64,000 bases of DNA, taken from assembly GCA_963735035.1 (NCBI GenBank), contig CAVTJJ010000003.1, positions 608,001-672,000 of the forward strand, written 5' to 3'. The stretch is from an uncultured candidate division Zixibacteria bacterium (GTDB taxonomy: Bacteria > Zixibacteria > MSB-5A5 > GN15 > FEB-12). This document shows, piece by piece, positions 10,404-19,857 of the stretch. A program made the position numbers and the translations under genes. The notes below the pieces were generated by a model. The model searched no databases and was not told where the DNA came from. It saw only the letters and a list, made by a program, of their open reading frames with translations. The first letter of the stretch is position 1, and each line of letters begins with the position of its first letter.

Positions 10404-11363
10404 ATGCATACGCGAATTATCCAAAACGCCGTTCTCACGATCGGGCTGATCGGCCTCGCACTGTTCGCGGTTGGCCGGGCGCCCGGAAACGACGATACCA
10501 AAGGCAGTACCATGACCCTGAAAAAACTGACGCCTGATGAAGAGCGCGTGATTGTCAACAAGGGCACCGAAACCCCCTTCACCGGCAAATACTACAATTT
10601 CCACGAAAACGGTACCTATACCTGCAAACGCTGCGGTGCGCCGTTGTTCAAATCGACCGACAAATTCGAATCAGGTTGCGGCTGGCCGAGTTTCGATGAT
10701 GCCATCCCCGGCGCAGTGAAAGAACAACTCGACGCCGACGGTTCCCGCACCGAGATCGTCTGCGCCCGCTGCGGTGCCCATCTTGGGCACGTTTTCATGG
10801 GCGAGGGGTTCACGCCACGCGATACTCGTCATTGTGTCAATTCTATCTCGCTTGATTTCGTTGCGGCTGATATGACCGTGAAGACCGATACCGCCTATTT
10901 CGCGGGCGGCTGTTTTTGGGGGGTGGAGTATTACTTGCAAAAAACCGAGGGCGTGCTTTCGGTGCTGTCCGGTTACATGGGCGGCAAGTCCGAGCATCCT
11001 ACTTACGAGCAGGTATGCAACGGGGCCACCGGCTATGCTGAGACAGTCGAAGTTGTGTTCGATCCATCGAAGATCAGCTACGAATCATTGACCAAACTCT
11101 TTCTCGAAATCCATGACCCGACCCAGGTTAATCGCCAGGGACCGGACATTGGCGGCCAGTATCGCTCGGCGATCTTCTACAGAGACGATTCGCAGAAGAT
11201 GACGGCGGAGAAGCTCATCAAGATATTGGAATCGAAAGGGTACAAGATCGCGACTAAGCTATCGAAGTCCGACAAGTTCTGGGTCGCCGAGGATTATCAT
11301 CAGGATTACTACGCCCGCACCGGCAAACAGCCCTACTGCCACGGCTACGAAAAGCGGTTTTGA
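10404..11363 (+). CDS. msrAB: Bifunctional methionine sulfoxide reductase MsrB-MsrA with N-terminal signal peptide
   Basis: MsrB GCGWPSF, HLGHVF, RHCVNS; MsrA FAGGCFWG, QYRSAIF, AEDYHQDYY. ATG 10404 follows AAGGA. Confidence 0.93.
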   Translation: MHTRIIQNAVLTIGLIGLALFAVGRAPGNDDTKGSTMTLKKLTPDEERVIVNKGTETPFTGKYYNFHENGTYTCKRCGAPLFKSTDKFESGCGWPSFDDAIPGAVKEQLDADGSRTEIVCARCGAHLGHVFMGEGFTPRDTRHCVNSISLDFVAADMTVKTDTAYFAGGCFWGVEYYLQKTEGVLSVLSGYMGGKSEHPTYEQVCNGATGYAETVEVVFDPSKISYESLTKLFLEIHDPTQVNRQGPDIGGQYRSAIFYRDDSQKMTAEKLIKILESKGYKIATKLSKSDKFWVAEDYHQDYYARTGKQPYCHGYEKRF

Positions 11364-11424
11364 TGATATGGCCGGGGTGGCCCACCCGCTGCTATGTACT
11401 GTGTCAAGGGCTTTCTGTTCAGGC

Positions 11425-11570
11425 ATAGGACTCGAACCAGTCTGCTATTCGTGGTCGCTGACTGGCAGCGCCACAGGCAATGTATCCGCTCGTGACCTGG
11501 CGAGGCAGCAGACTTGCGGACGTGGTCTCGGTTGGCCCGAGCCACAGCGGGTGGGTCGCTGTTCTCGCGT
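11425..11570 (-). ncRNA. Putative bridge/seek RNA of the IS110 element (target- and donor-binding loops; ends approximate)
   Basis: Two similar hairpins (GTGGTC..GCCACAG at 11451 and 11522) flanked by segments matching the target (11546-11555, 11513-11519) and the donor (11442-11448). Confidence 0.8.
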
Positions 11571-11602
11571 TAGCTTGGTACGGTTCCGACTCCTTGGTTA
11601 TC

Positions 11603-12661
11603 TTAGGCGGCCGCACACGGCTCATAGGCAACGTTATCAAGCAGAACCCGCCTGACTGCCAAGACCAGTCGTCGAGCTACCGCCACTATGGCTCGTTTGC
11701 CGCCGGCACGTTGCTTGATCCGGTTATAGACCAGTTGTAAGTGTGGGTCCTTCCGAACGGCAATCCAGGACGATTCCACTAACAAGCCCCGAAGATAGCT
11801 GTTGCCCGTGCCGGTAATCCGACCCATCCGGACATGATCACCGCTGGAATACTGCGAAGGTGTCAGTCCCACATAAGCCGCCAATTGCTCAGCCCGTCCA
11901 AAACGACCGACCTCATGCAATTCCAACAGCAGAGCCATCGCCGTAATAACCCCTATGCCGGGAACGCTACTTAACAGCCGAACTCGATCACGATACTGTG
12001 GCAGTCGTGACAACTCCCGCAACAGTCGTGTCTGCAACGCCAGCTGGTTACTTACCAGATCGTACATCTCCAACAACCGCTCGTAGCTCGCCTGAGCCCA
12101 GACATCTGCCAAACACACCTGTCTCAGACGCTCTAATAACGGACCGGTCCACCGACCCGTCCCACTGCACACTGAAATACCATATAAGGCCAACTCCGAT
12201 TTGATCCGACTCTGAAGACGTACCCGATCTTGAACCAATTGACGACGACGACGTAAGACCTCTCGGTGACCCCGCTGACTCTCATCCGGAACCCAGACCT
12301 TCTTCAACAACCCTAACGACAGCAACCAGGCCAGCTTCCGGCTATCCCGCTTGTCCGTCTTCACCCGATTACCGTAGGCCATCGGCACCAAGCTCGGCGG
12401 CGTTACTACGCACTGACCACCCCACGCTACCACACAGTCGTGCAGCCAAAAACCAGAAAAACCCGCCTCGTAAACCACGGACACACACCCAGGATCATAC
12501 CGATCCAGCAAACACCGCAAAGACGCCCAATCCCCGTTAATGCTGCCACAGAACAGTTCCACTTCTAACGTCCTCACCGTGACAAACCACTGACGCTTGT
12601 GAACATCCACGCCAACAAAAACAGCACTTCCCACTTCCGCTCCAACTTCGTACCTTCTCAT
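11603..12661 (-). CDS. IS110-family recombinase/transposase
   Basis: DEDD RuvC-like motifs VGVDVHK, YEAG, KTDKRDS; Transposase_20 motifs SVPGIG, LAAYVGLTPSQYSSG, AIVAVARRL; AGGAGG RBS. Confidence 0.95.
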   Translation of the reverse strand: MRRYEVGAEVGSAVFVGVDVHKRQWFVTVRTLEVELFCGSINGDWASLRCLLDRYDPGCVSVVYEAGFSGFWLHDCVVAWGGQCVVTPPSLVPMAYGNRVKTDKRDSRKLAWLLSLGLLKKVWVPDESQRGHREVLRRRRQLVQDRVRLQSRIKSELALYGISVCSGTGRWTGPLLERLRQVCLADVWAQASYERLLEMYDLVSNQLALQTRLLRELSRLPQYRDRVRLLSSVPGIGVITAMALLLELHEVGRFGRAEQLAAYVGLTPSQYSSGDHVRMGRITGTGNSYLRGLLVESSWIAVRKDPHLQLVYNRIKQRAGGKRAIVAVARRLVLAVRRVLLDNVAYEPCAAA

Positions 12662-12821
12662 CTGAGCCTCCTGTTCTAAGGATCTATCGTTGTCTTCAGA
12701 CCACGATACGATACCTTGTCCGAACAGAGGCTCAAATCACGAACAGTATCATAGTTACTTGCGGGTGGGGGTGGATGAGTTGACTATTTTTATAGCTGGC
12801 TGATCTTGTGGGGGGTGGTTG

Positions 12822-12920
12822 CGTCAGGTCCTGCCCGCCGCAGGCGGGTGTGACCTGACGCCCCATCCGTCACCCTGAGCTACGCCTGCCCTGAGCTTGC
12901 CGAAGGGTCGAAGGGTGACG
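12822..12920. repeat. REP-like palindromes, one with a nested copy
   Basis: CGTCAGGTCCTG..GTGACCTGACG and GTCACCCTGAGC[..]GTCGAAGGGTGAC; the related unit CCCTTCGACAGGCTCAGGG lies at about 1078-1096. Confidence 0.75.
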
Positions 12921-12972
12921 ACGAGAGACAATGTCGAAGCCGCCCGAAGGGGTTTGGTTTTGATCTACAAAC

Positions 12973-14049
12973 CTAATTCGGCGGGTGCCCGAATCGCAGG
13001 ACTCTTGTCGCAACCCCGCTGGAGTCGGGCAAACGCCGCTGACCAGCCTGCGTCCAGAGACGTTCCAGACCGGCTCTGTCCTTCCAATCTTCATATGGCC
13101 CCTCAAGCGACCAGAGGGAGTCGTGTTCGGCAAGCCGTTTGTAACCCTTCATCTCTATACCGCTAAGCATTCTGGCGGAATCATCCAGGTAGCGATAAAG
13201 AATGCTGTCCGCCATGTGTTGGCCGACAATCGCGCGATAGACAGCACTCGAGTCATTGCGTCGGCTCACTATCGCACCGAACCAGTTGTCGTAGAACACC
13301 AGAAAGTCAGCGCCTGAAGTGGGGTAGACTTTTTCGGATACGGTGTCCTGAATAACTACTCCCTCTTGAGCTGCCAGAAATCCAATCTGCAAAAGCCAGG
13401 CATTACGTTCAGTAGGAACAGTCTTCTTGCCTCTTGCACGATATGGAAGAACATCATCAGCGCTTGTCCAGCAGATTGACCGATAGGTGTCACCGTCATC
13501 AATCATCAAACCAGTGCTGTTGTACAGCTCAGCCCATTTCGATTCGTCCTCCCAAAACCTTCCGGCATCAAACAGCTTCCACAGTTCCCCTGAACGATCG
13601 AGTTCCAAATACGTTCCTTGAGCCTGCCCTGATAGGACAAAAAGGGCGTTCTGCCCAGCATAGTAATATTCCAATTCGTTGCCACTCGCGAAGTACCTGC
13701 CAACAACCAAACTGTACACGAGGACCGAATCAGACCGCGCACTAAATACGGCAGCGAACCGTTTACCAAATGTTCTCCAGAAGTCCAACGATACAATTCT
13801 GTCAACACCTACAGTATCGTATGCACCAAGCTTGCTTTCATGTCTCAACAAATGGCCAGATAGTGCTTCCCACTCTTGATCCGTAGGAGGAGACAAAGTG
13901 GCTTCATATGCCTCTTCTGCAGGACTGTTCCATTGAGGTGCCTTCGTTCGTTCTCCTGTCTTCTGGCAGGCCAGGCAAAGTACAAGCATCATTGACAAGG
14001 CTCCGAGGCTCGCAAATTGCATAGACAAGTGATATCGTGTCGAAATCAT
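12973..14049 (-). CDS. Hypothetical lipoprotein with an internally duplicated domain
   Basis: GAGGTG RBS before ATG 14049, lipobox CLAC, two similar halves. Confidence 0.65.
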   Translation of the reverse strand: MISTRYHLSMQFASLGALSMMLVLCLACQKTGERTKAPQWNSPAEEAYEATLSPPTDQEWEALSGHLLRHESKLGAYDTVGVDRIVSLDFWRTFGKRFAAVFSARSDSVLVYSLVVGRYFASGNELEYYYAGQNALFVLSGQAQGTYLELDRSGELWKLFDAGRFWEDESKWAELYNSTGLMIDDGDTYRSICWTSADDVLPYRARGKKTVPTERNAWLLQIGFLAAQEGVVIQDTVSEKVYPTSGADFLVFYDNWFGAIVSRRNDSSAVYRAIVGQHMADSILYRYLDDSARMLSGIEMKGYKRLAEHDSLWSLEGPYEDWKDRAGLERLWTQAGQRRLPDSSGVATRVLRFGHPPN

Positions 14050-14103
14050 AGGCACCTCTGGAATCTGCTCACAAAATCCCGCATCTTCAACTCGCATGAT
14101 GAA

Positions 14104-14132
14104 ATAATAACGCTGCGAACATAATGTGTCAA
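14104..14132 (-). promoter_or_regulatory. sigma70-like promoter for the lipoprotein gene
   Basis: TTGACA-N17-TATTAT on the minus strand. Confidence 0.6.
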
Positions 14133-14213
14133 TCGCAAAACCGAAACTGCGGGATACATAAGAAACCCGCGCAGATGTGGACATCTGCCGGGCAAGCTGT
14201 GAGAGTATGAATG

Positions 14214-17200
14214 TTATCTATGTCTGCTGATCGACAGCGGCCGCGCACCATCACTGGTGGCGTTGATCTTGTCAGCCCCGGCCGATTGATGCGCAATGTC
14301 ATCATCCGTGACATAATGCACGTCGAGCAGTCCCTCGGAGCGAAGTCCCGTGCGAATGTAATTCGCTTCGGCGAGACACTGGCTCCACCCCGCAAACCAC
14401 GAGCGCAACTGCTCCTGCTGATCATGATCGCCTCGGAAATGAACGAGCAGATCGATATCGCTGCTCGGGCCGGCCGTGGCGTTCTTGGTGCTTCCGAGTA
14501 GATACATATTCACGACACCGTACTTCTCGGCGTCCATCTGACGCGCCAGCCGCTCCACCATCTGCATCCGCCAGCGCCAGTGCTGATCACTGCCAAGCGG
14601 TTCGTCTTGTTCACCGGGTTGCGACGTTCTTATCCAGCCGGTCTTTCCTTCGAACAGCCCCATGGCCACACCCATGTCGGCGTTCATCAGGATGTGCAGC
14701 ACCTTGCCCCCCGAAGTCGCCGCGACATCGATCACCCTGATCGTGTCGCTCAGTTTCGCAAACTCCGGAGCGAATTCCGCGAGTGAATTCTTGGAGTACT
14801 GCAGGAAATGTTCGTTGAAAATCGTCCCTTCGTCGTCGGGATACAACGGCAGATATCTGATACCGGTCTCGACCAGATCCTGGAAGAAATGCGTTCCGAA
14901 CGACAGATCCGGCACGTAGCTCCCCTGGCGACGCGCTACCTCGATCAAACACCCAGCGTTGCTGATATCGGAATAGGTGACACTCACGCCCATCCGGATA
15001 TCACCGCGGCTGCCCCACCGTCCGGGGCCGATCAGCACAAACTGACGCCTTGGAAGGGTTCGATTCAGCACCCCTATGGCGCGACCGACTTCAAGCATCT
15101 GGCTGCGCGTCTCCATTGCGGCGTACTTCTGCGGATCGACATAGACAATATGTGTCACATTGGGCACCTGACCGTTGCCGATATGCTTGTAGGCCGTAAA
15201 CAGAATATCATGCTGCGGGGCATTGCCCGGAATCGGCGCGGGGGCGTCGGTCCCCGAAAGATTCTGCGGCCGACATTGCAGTAGATAGAAATGACGGCCG
15301 TCGCTTGCGAATTCGATATCGACCGGCACCCCCAGCGTTTCGCGCAACGTGTCGAGAATCGCCTGAACCTGGCGGCAGAAATCGGTCTTCTTCGTCAGGC
15401 CGTCAAACGTCACCACCACTTTCTCGGAATCGAAATCGGCCTGCATCGGTGACGGCGTCCGCAGGTGGCGAAATTCGTAAAACGAAACGATATCATGTAT
15501 GCCCGGAAGGTTCGAACCGCCGTCACGGAGAAATTGCGCCAGGTCGATCGTTTCAAACGAATTCGTCTCGAGATTGATGACGTCCAAATTGCGCGGTGAA
15601 TACTTGGCGATTTCTTCCGGATCAGAACTTACTCGTATTGCCGGGTTGCGCGGCGCGAGCATCACAGGATAATCATCGCTGACCCTATCCACCGCCCGCG
15701 TACCGAGGCCGGGCACCAGTCGAAGCAACCCGTCGTCGCGCTCGATCCGGGGCGACCAGCGGAATTCATTGTTGCTGAACGCCACCCCGGCGAAAGTCGG
15801 CAGGAAATATTTCCCCACCCGGTTGCCCACGACTTCCTGAATCAGAATCCCCATCTCTTCGTTGTAATCGATCAATCCGCGCTCGGCTCGATATTCCATC
15901 GGGTCGGGACCAAACATCGACGCATACACTTCCGCGATGGCGTCAAGCATGGCCTCAAGCCGCTTCTGCTTGGATCCCTGATTGGCCAGAAAGAGGCTCT
16001 TGTACTTGCCCGAGAAAGCGGCGCCGATCCGATCTTCCAGCAGGCTGGAACTGCGAACGATCAGCGGGTTGTCACCCAGTTCGTCGAGCGCCACGGAGAG
16101 ACCGTTGACTATGTCCGACGGAAAATGCGCGCTCTTGAAAGTCTGGACCACGTGCGGATACTCGAACTGCACCTGGTTGATCGGCTTGTATTTCTGCTCC
16201 ACCACTTCGTCGAAATCATTGTAGTGCATGAAATGTATGAGCAGATCGGACGCCATGTACCAGGTGCGTGGCACTCGAACGTCCGCCAGCAACTCGTTAC
16301 GGACCGCCTTCTTCTTCAGAATCTGTGTGGCGAGATAAAGCCCGGCGCTCTTGCCTCCGAGTCGCCCCAGGCTGGCCGACGTGTACACCATGCGGCCCAC
16401 CAGATGGTAGAAATCCCGAACCTCAATGAAATTCTTGGCGACGTTTATATAAGACGGTTGATCCGAGAGAAATCGGCGAATGAGCGATACTTCAATACCG
16501 CGCGTGTTGGGCGAGGCGGTGCCACCACCTTCGTCGGCCAGATGGTGATACCTTCTGATAGCGTCGGCCACTTCGGTCAACGACAGGTTTCGATTGACCA
16601 CCTGAACCAGATAGGCCAGCTTGTCTTCCTGCACCCACTTTTGGACCAACCGAAGCGACTCTTCGTCGGGCAGGTTCTCACCCGCTATGCGTAGCACTTC
16701 TCCGACCAGAGCCGAGCTGAAACTGGTCGTCTGAAGCCTCTGTGGCTGGTTCCAGTTGCTCCGCATGATTTCATCGCCTTTGGCTACTTCGCGAGCAAAC
16801 TGTTCCAGAATGGATTCCGCCGCTTTGACGCCGGTCCAGCAGAGGTAGTTGAGCATGCGCCGCACGACCCGCAGGTACAGGGCGCGGTCCGTCTGCTCGA
16901 TCATCTGCAGCACGATCCGCCATTCCTGGCGCTGCGGCTCCACGACATCACGTCCCATGCGGGTAACCGAATCGCGGGCCTGCTGATGCGCCACCCGCTG
17001 ACCAAGTCGGTTGGCGACCGCTTTGAGAAGGCGGATCTCCTGACTCAGAAACGGACCATCGTCGGCCCGTGGCATATCCTTGACATAGTAGACACTGACA
17101 CGACCGACCACCGACCCGCCCAGCACAATATCCGCCTGCTGGCCCCAGAACGATTCGATAAAGTCTCGCGAGGTCCAGACCTGATTGTTGATTTCGATTC

Positions 17201-17399
17201 GCGCCGCACAGAATTCCGGATATTGCCAACCCGAGGGGAGTGCGTCTATAACCTTCTGACAGACTACGTCAATCGGGTCGCTCGTTCGACTCAGCGCCTC
17301 CTCCACCCGGTAGAGGCAGTTGAGCTCCTTCGCCTGATTCTGGAGTTGCTCCAGGAGGCGATGGTCGGACTCGTTTTTCGGCGGTTTCGGATCAGCCAT
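14214..17399 (-). CDS. PEP/pyruvate-binding (PPDK_N-like) protein with N-terminal GAF-like region and C-terminal nucleotidyltransferase domain
   Basis: LGGKSAGL, PLIVRSSSLLED..FSGKYKS, DIEFA, LLQCRP, GPGRWGS, SFGTHFFQDLVE; C-terminal LLGST..SDIDLLV. Confidence 0.85.
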   Translation of the reverse strand: MADPKPPKNESDHRLLEQLQNQAKELNCLYRVEEALSRTSDPIDVVCQKVIDALPSGWQYPEFCAARIEINNQVWTSRDFIESFWGQQADIVLGGSVVGRVSVYYVKDMPRADDGPFLSQEIRLLKAVANRLGQRVAHQQARDSVTRMGRDVVEPQRQEWRIVLQMIEQTDRALYLRVVRRMLNYLCWTGVKAAESILEQFAREVAKGDEIMRSNWNQPQRLQTTSFSSALVGEVLRIAGENLPDEESLRLVQKWVQEDKLAYLVQVVNRNLSLTEVADAIRRYHHLADEGGGTASPNTRGIEVSLIRRFLSDQPSYINVAKNFIEVRDFYHLVGRMVYTSASLGRLGGKSAGLYLATQILKKKAVRNELLADVRVPRTWYMASDLLIHFMHYNDFDEVVEQKYKPINQVQFEYPHVVQTFKSAHFPSDIVNGLSVALDELGDNPLIVRSSSLLEDRIGAAFSGKYKSLFLANQGSKQKRLEAMLDAIAEVYASMFGPDPMEYRAERGLIDYNEEMGILIQEVVGNRVGKYFLPTFAGVAFSNNEFRWSPRIERDDGLLRLVPGLGTRAVDRVSDDYPVMLAPRNPAIRVSSDPEEIAKYSPRNLDVINLETNSFETIDLAQFLRDGGSNLPGIHDIVSFYEFRHLRTPSPMQADFDSEKVVVTFDGLTKKTDFCRQVQAILDTLRETLGVPVDIEFASDGRHFYLLQCRPQNLSGTDAPAPIPGNAPQHDILFTAYKHIGNGQVPNVTHIVYVDPQKYAAMETRSQMLEVGRAIGVLNRTLPRRQFVLIGPGRWGSRGDIRMGVSVTYSDISNAGCLIEVARRQGSYVPDLSFGTHFFQDLVETGIRYLPLYPDDEGTIFNEHFLQYSKNSLAEFAPEFAKLSDTIRVIDVAATSGGKVLHILMNADMGVAMGLFEGKTGWIRTSQPGEQDEPLGSDQHWRWRMQMVERLARQMDAEKYGVVNMYLLGSTKNATAGPSSDIDLLVHFRGDHDQQEQLRSWFAGWSQCLAEANYIRTGLRSEGLLDVHYVTDDDIAHQSAGADKINATSDGARPLSISRHR

Positions 17400-17532
17400 A
17401 ACTTATAAACAATAATTCCCGGACCGGTGCGGCAAAAGCTTTCAATTGTCAGCGGATGACCCGCCTGACAGCCGCAACCCGGTCCGGGAAGTCAATTTCC
17501 AGGGCGTTCAGTCGTCGAACGACGGCAGGGTT

Positions 17533-18837
17533 TTACACCCAGCCACGCTCATGACAGGCCCGGGCAACGCGGTCAATCGCGATCACGTAGGCAGCGTCGC
17601 GCATATACAGGCTGCGGCGCTTGGCCAATTCGCTTACGGCCAGGAACGCGTTGGTCATCTTGGTGTCCAGTTCTTTCAGAACATGGTCCTTTTCCCAGAA
17701 GTAATTCATGTTGCACTGCACCTGTTCAAAATATGAACAGGTCACACCACCGGCATTAGCCAGGAAATCCGGGATAATGAAAATGCCCCGCTCCTGAATA
17801 ATCTTATCGGCTTCCGGCGTCGTCGGTCCATTGGCGCCTTCGGCAATAACACGAACCTTCTTGCTGATACCTTTGGCGGTCTCGCCGGTCACCTGATTCT
17901 CGATAGCCGCCGGGAAGAGGATATCGACTTCCTGGGTGATCCAGTCGCCACCGTCGGCGATGGAATAACCGAGGCTCTTGGCCTTGGCTTTGTCGATGCC
18001 ACCGAACTTGTCGGTGATCTTCTGCAGCGTGGCGAGATCGACCCCATCCTTCTTGATGAAGGAATATGACTTCTGGTCGTTCTGGTCCCAGCAGGAGACA
18101 CAGATTACCCGGCCACCTAGTTGCTGGTACTTTTCAATCGCGTACTGAGCGACGTTCCCGAAACCCTGTACCGACGCCGTGGTCTTGTCCAACGCGATAC
18201 CGAGCTGCTTCAGCGCCTCGCGAACAGTATAGACTACGCCGTATCCGGTAGCCTCGGTCCGACCCAGTGAACCGCCCAGGCCTACCGGCTTACCGGTAAT
18301 GAAACCGGGGAACTTACCGCCCATAATGCGCTCGTATTCGTCGAGCATCCAGACCATGTGCTGCCCGGACGTCATGACATCGGGCGCCGGAACGTCCTGC
18401 ACCGGCCCAACATTGCGCGCCAACTGGCGAACCCAGCCGCGACAGATACCTTCCTGCTCCCGTTCGCTCAGATTGTGCGGGTCGCAAATAACGCCGCCCT
18501 TGCCGCCGCCCAGCGGTATGTCCACCACCGAGCATTTCCAGGTCATCCACATAGCAAGAGCCCGAACTGTATCGATCGTTTCCGCCGGATGGAACCGAAT
18601 TCCGCCCTTGCAGGGACCTCTCGAATCGTTGTGCTGAACGCGGAAGCCCTGGAATACTTTGACCGAACCGTCGTCCACCCGAACCGGGATGAGGAACTTG
18701 TACTCGCGGATCGGCTCACGCAGAAGCGCCCGCGTAGCGGCATCCAGATTCAGCATATCGGCGACTTTGTCGAACTGGGTCTGCGCCATATGAAAGGCAT
18801 TGAAAGCCGGACCCTTGGCGGCATCGTGGCTACTCAT
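17533..18837 (-). CDS. gdhA: Glu/Leu/Phe/Val dehydrogenase (glutamate dehydrogenase)
   Basis: GPCKGGIRFHP, GGGKGG, DVPAPD, GRTEATGYG, QGFGNV, AEGANGP, PDFLANAGGV. Confidence 0.93.
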   Translation of the reverse strand: MSSHDAAKGPAFNAFHMAQTQFDKVADMLNLDAATRALLREPIREYKFLIPVRVDDGSVKVFQGFRVQHNDSRGPCKGGIRFHPAETIDTVRALAMWMTWKCSVVDIPLGGGKGGVICDPHNLSEREQEGICRGWVRQLARNVGPVQDVPAPDVMTSGQHMVWMLDEYERIMGGKFPGFITGKPVGLGGSLGRTEATGYGVVYTVREALKQLGIALDKTTASVQGFGNVAQYAIEKYQQLGGRVICVSCWDQNDQKSYSFIKKDGVDLATLQKITDKFGGIDKAKAKSLGYSIADGGDWITQEVDILFPAAIENQVTGETAKGISKKVRVIAEGANGPTTPEADKIIQERGIFIIPDFLANAGGVTCSYFEQVQCNMNYFWEKDHVLKELDTKMTNAFLAVSELAKRRSLYMRDAAYVIAIDRVARACHERGWV

Positions 18838-19181
18838 ACTTCGTATCTCCCATTAACGTTGTTGGTAGTTCTACCAGCCTGTGTGACCATCGCGGCTTCA
18901 ACTCCTATGAAACTCCTGACCGCAAGCGATTCAGATAATCTTCCGTTTCGTATCGATCAGAAAACTTGAGCTTCAGCGTCACTCCAGACGAGGTGTTCCG
19001 TGCCCGCGAGCCGACCACATGCTTTCGGCTTTTGTCAGCACAGCTTCGGAATGCCAAGGAACACCAAATCGTCCGCATTGTCAAGGCGAGCCGGCACTAG
19101 ATTATCCACTTTGTCAGCGCTATCCGTTTCCAAAACGGACAGAGCAAACCACCAGAAGAAACCCCACTAACCTACTCTTAA

Positions 19182-19646
19182 TTATCGAGTTCGAATGGGA
19201 GGCAACGCCTCAGGCAGGGACTCTACAAACTGCCGTATCTTATCGCGAACGCGACGGTAGACAGCTAGCGCTTCTTCGTCTGATTCAGCCCCTTTGGCCA
19301 GTCGGGGCGGGTCATCGAACCCATTATGAATCTTGACCGCCCGCCCAGGGAAAACCGGACAGTTCCGATCGGCATCGGAACAAACCGTTATGACATAATC
19401 GAATTCGATCCCCCGAACGGCGTCGACTGTTTTTGATTGTTGTCGTGAGATATCAACCCCGGCCTCCATCATGACTTTGACAGCCAGCGGGTTCAGACCG
19501 TGGCTGTCGATCCCCGCGGAATGGGCCTCGATCTTTCCGGCTTTCAGATGCCTCGCCCACCCCTCGGCCATCTGACTCCGGCAGGAATTACCAGTGCACA
19601 GGAAAAGTATCTTCAGTGGTTTGTTCGATTTCATCATCGAAGCCAT
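19182..19646 (-). CDS. arsC: Arsenate reductase / LMW protein-tyrosine-phosphatase family
   Basis: CTGNSCRSQMAEG P-loop, ITVC..CPVFPG, FDDP. Confidence 0.85.
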   Translation of the reverse strand: MASMMKSNKPLKILFLCTGNSCRSQMAEGWARHLKAGKIEAHSAGIDSHGLNPLAVKVMMEAGVDISRQQSKTVDAVRGIEFDYVITVCSDADRNCPVFPGRAVKIHNGFDDPPRLAKGAESDEEALAVYRRVRDKIRQFVESLPEALPPIRTR

Positions 19647-19857
19647 TCGCCTCAGCCTTGACTAGGCCGCGACACAAGTCGCATTCGCGCTGAACTAGAT
19701 GTAGCTCTTTGCTGGGTTCGCGTAGACTTCCGGCCTGCAAGTATCAGGATTCGGATCACTTCATATGAATGATCCGCACCCCGACCCGGAAAGCTACGCC
19801 TATTCGGAAACCGGCGAGAGACCCGTGGCCCGGCGCCGGTACTGTTCTATGATTATT

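Larger units (their letters stand above)
11391..12759 (-). mobile_element. IS110-family (IS1111-like) insertion sequence, 1369 bp, inserted at the CT core of a REP hairpin
   Basis: Flanks CCCACCCG-CT| and |CT-TGCGGGTGGG rejoin to a REP like that at 10274-10293. Subterminal inverted repeats CTATGTACTG / CAGTATCATAG; long 3' non-coding end; no target duplication beyond the core. Confidence 0.92.

Noticed and set aside
19182..19646. Arsenic-resistance operon
   Set aside because: Only the ArsC/LMW-PTP gene is present; no arsR, arsB or acr3.
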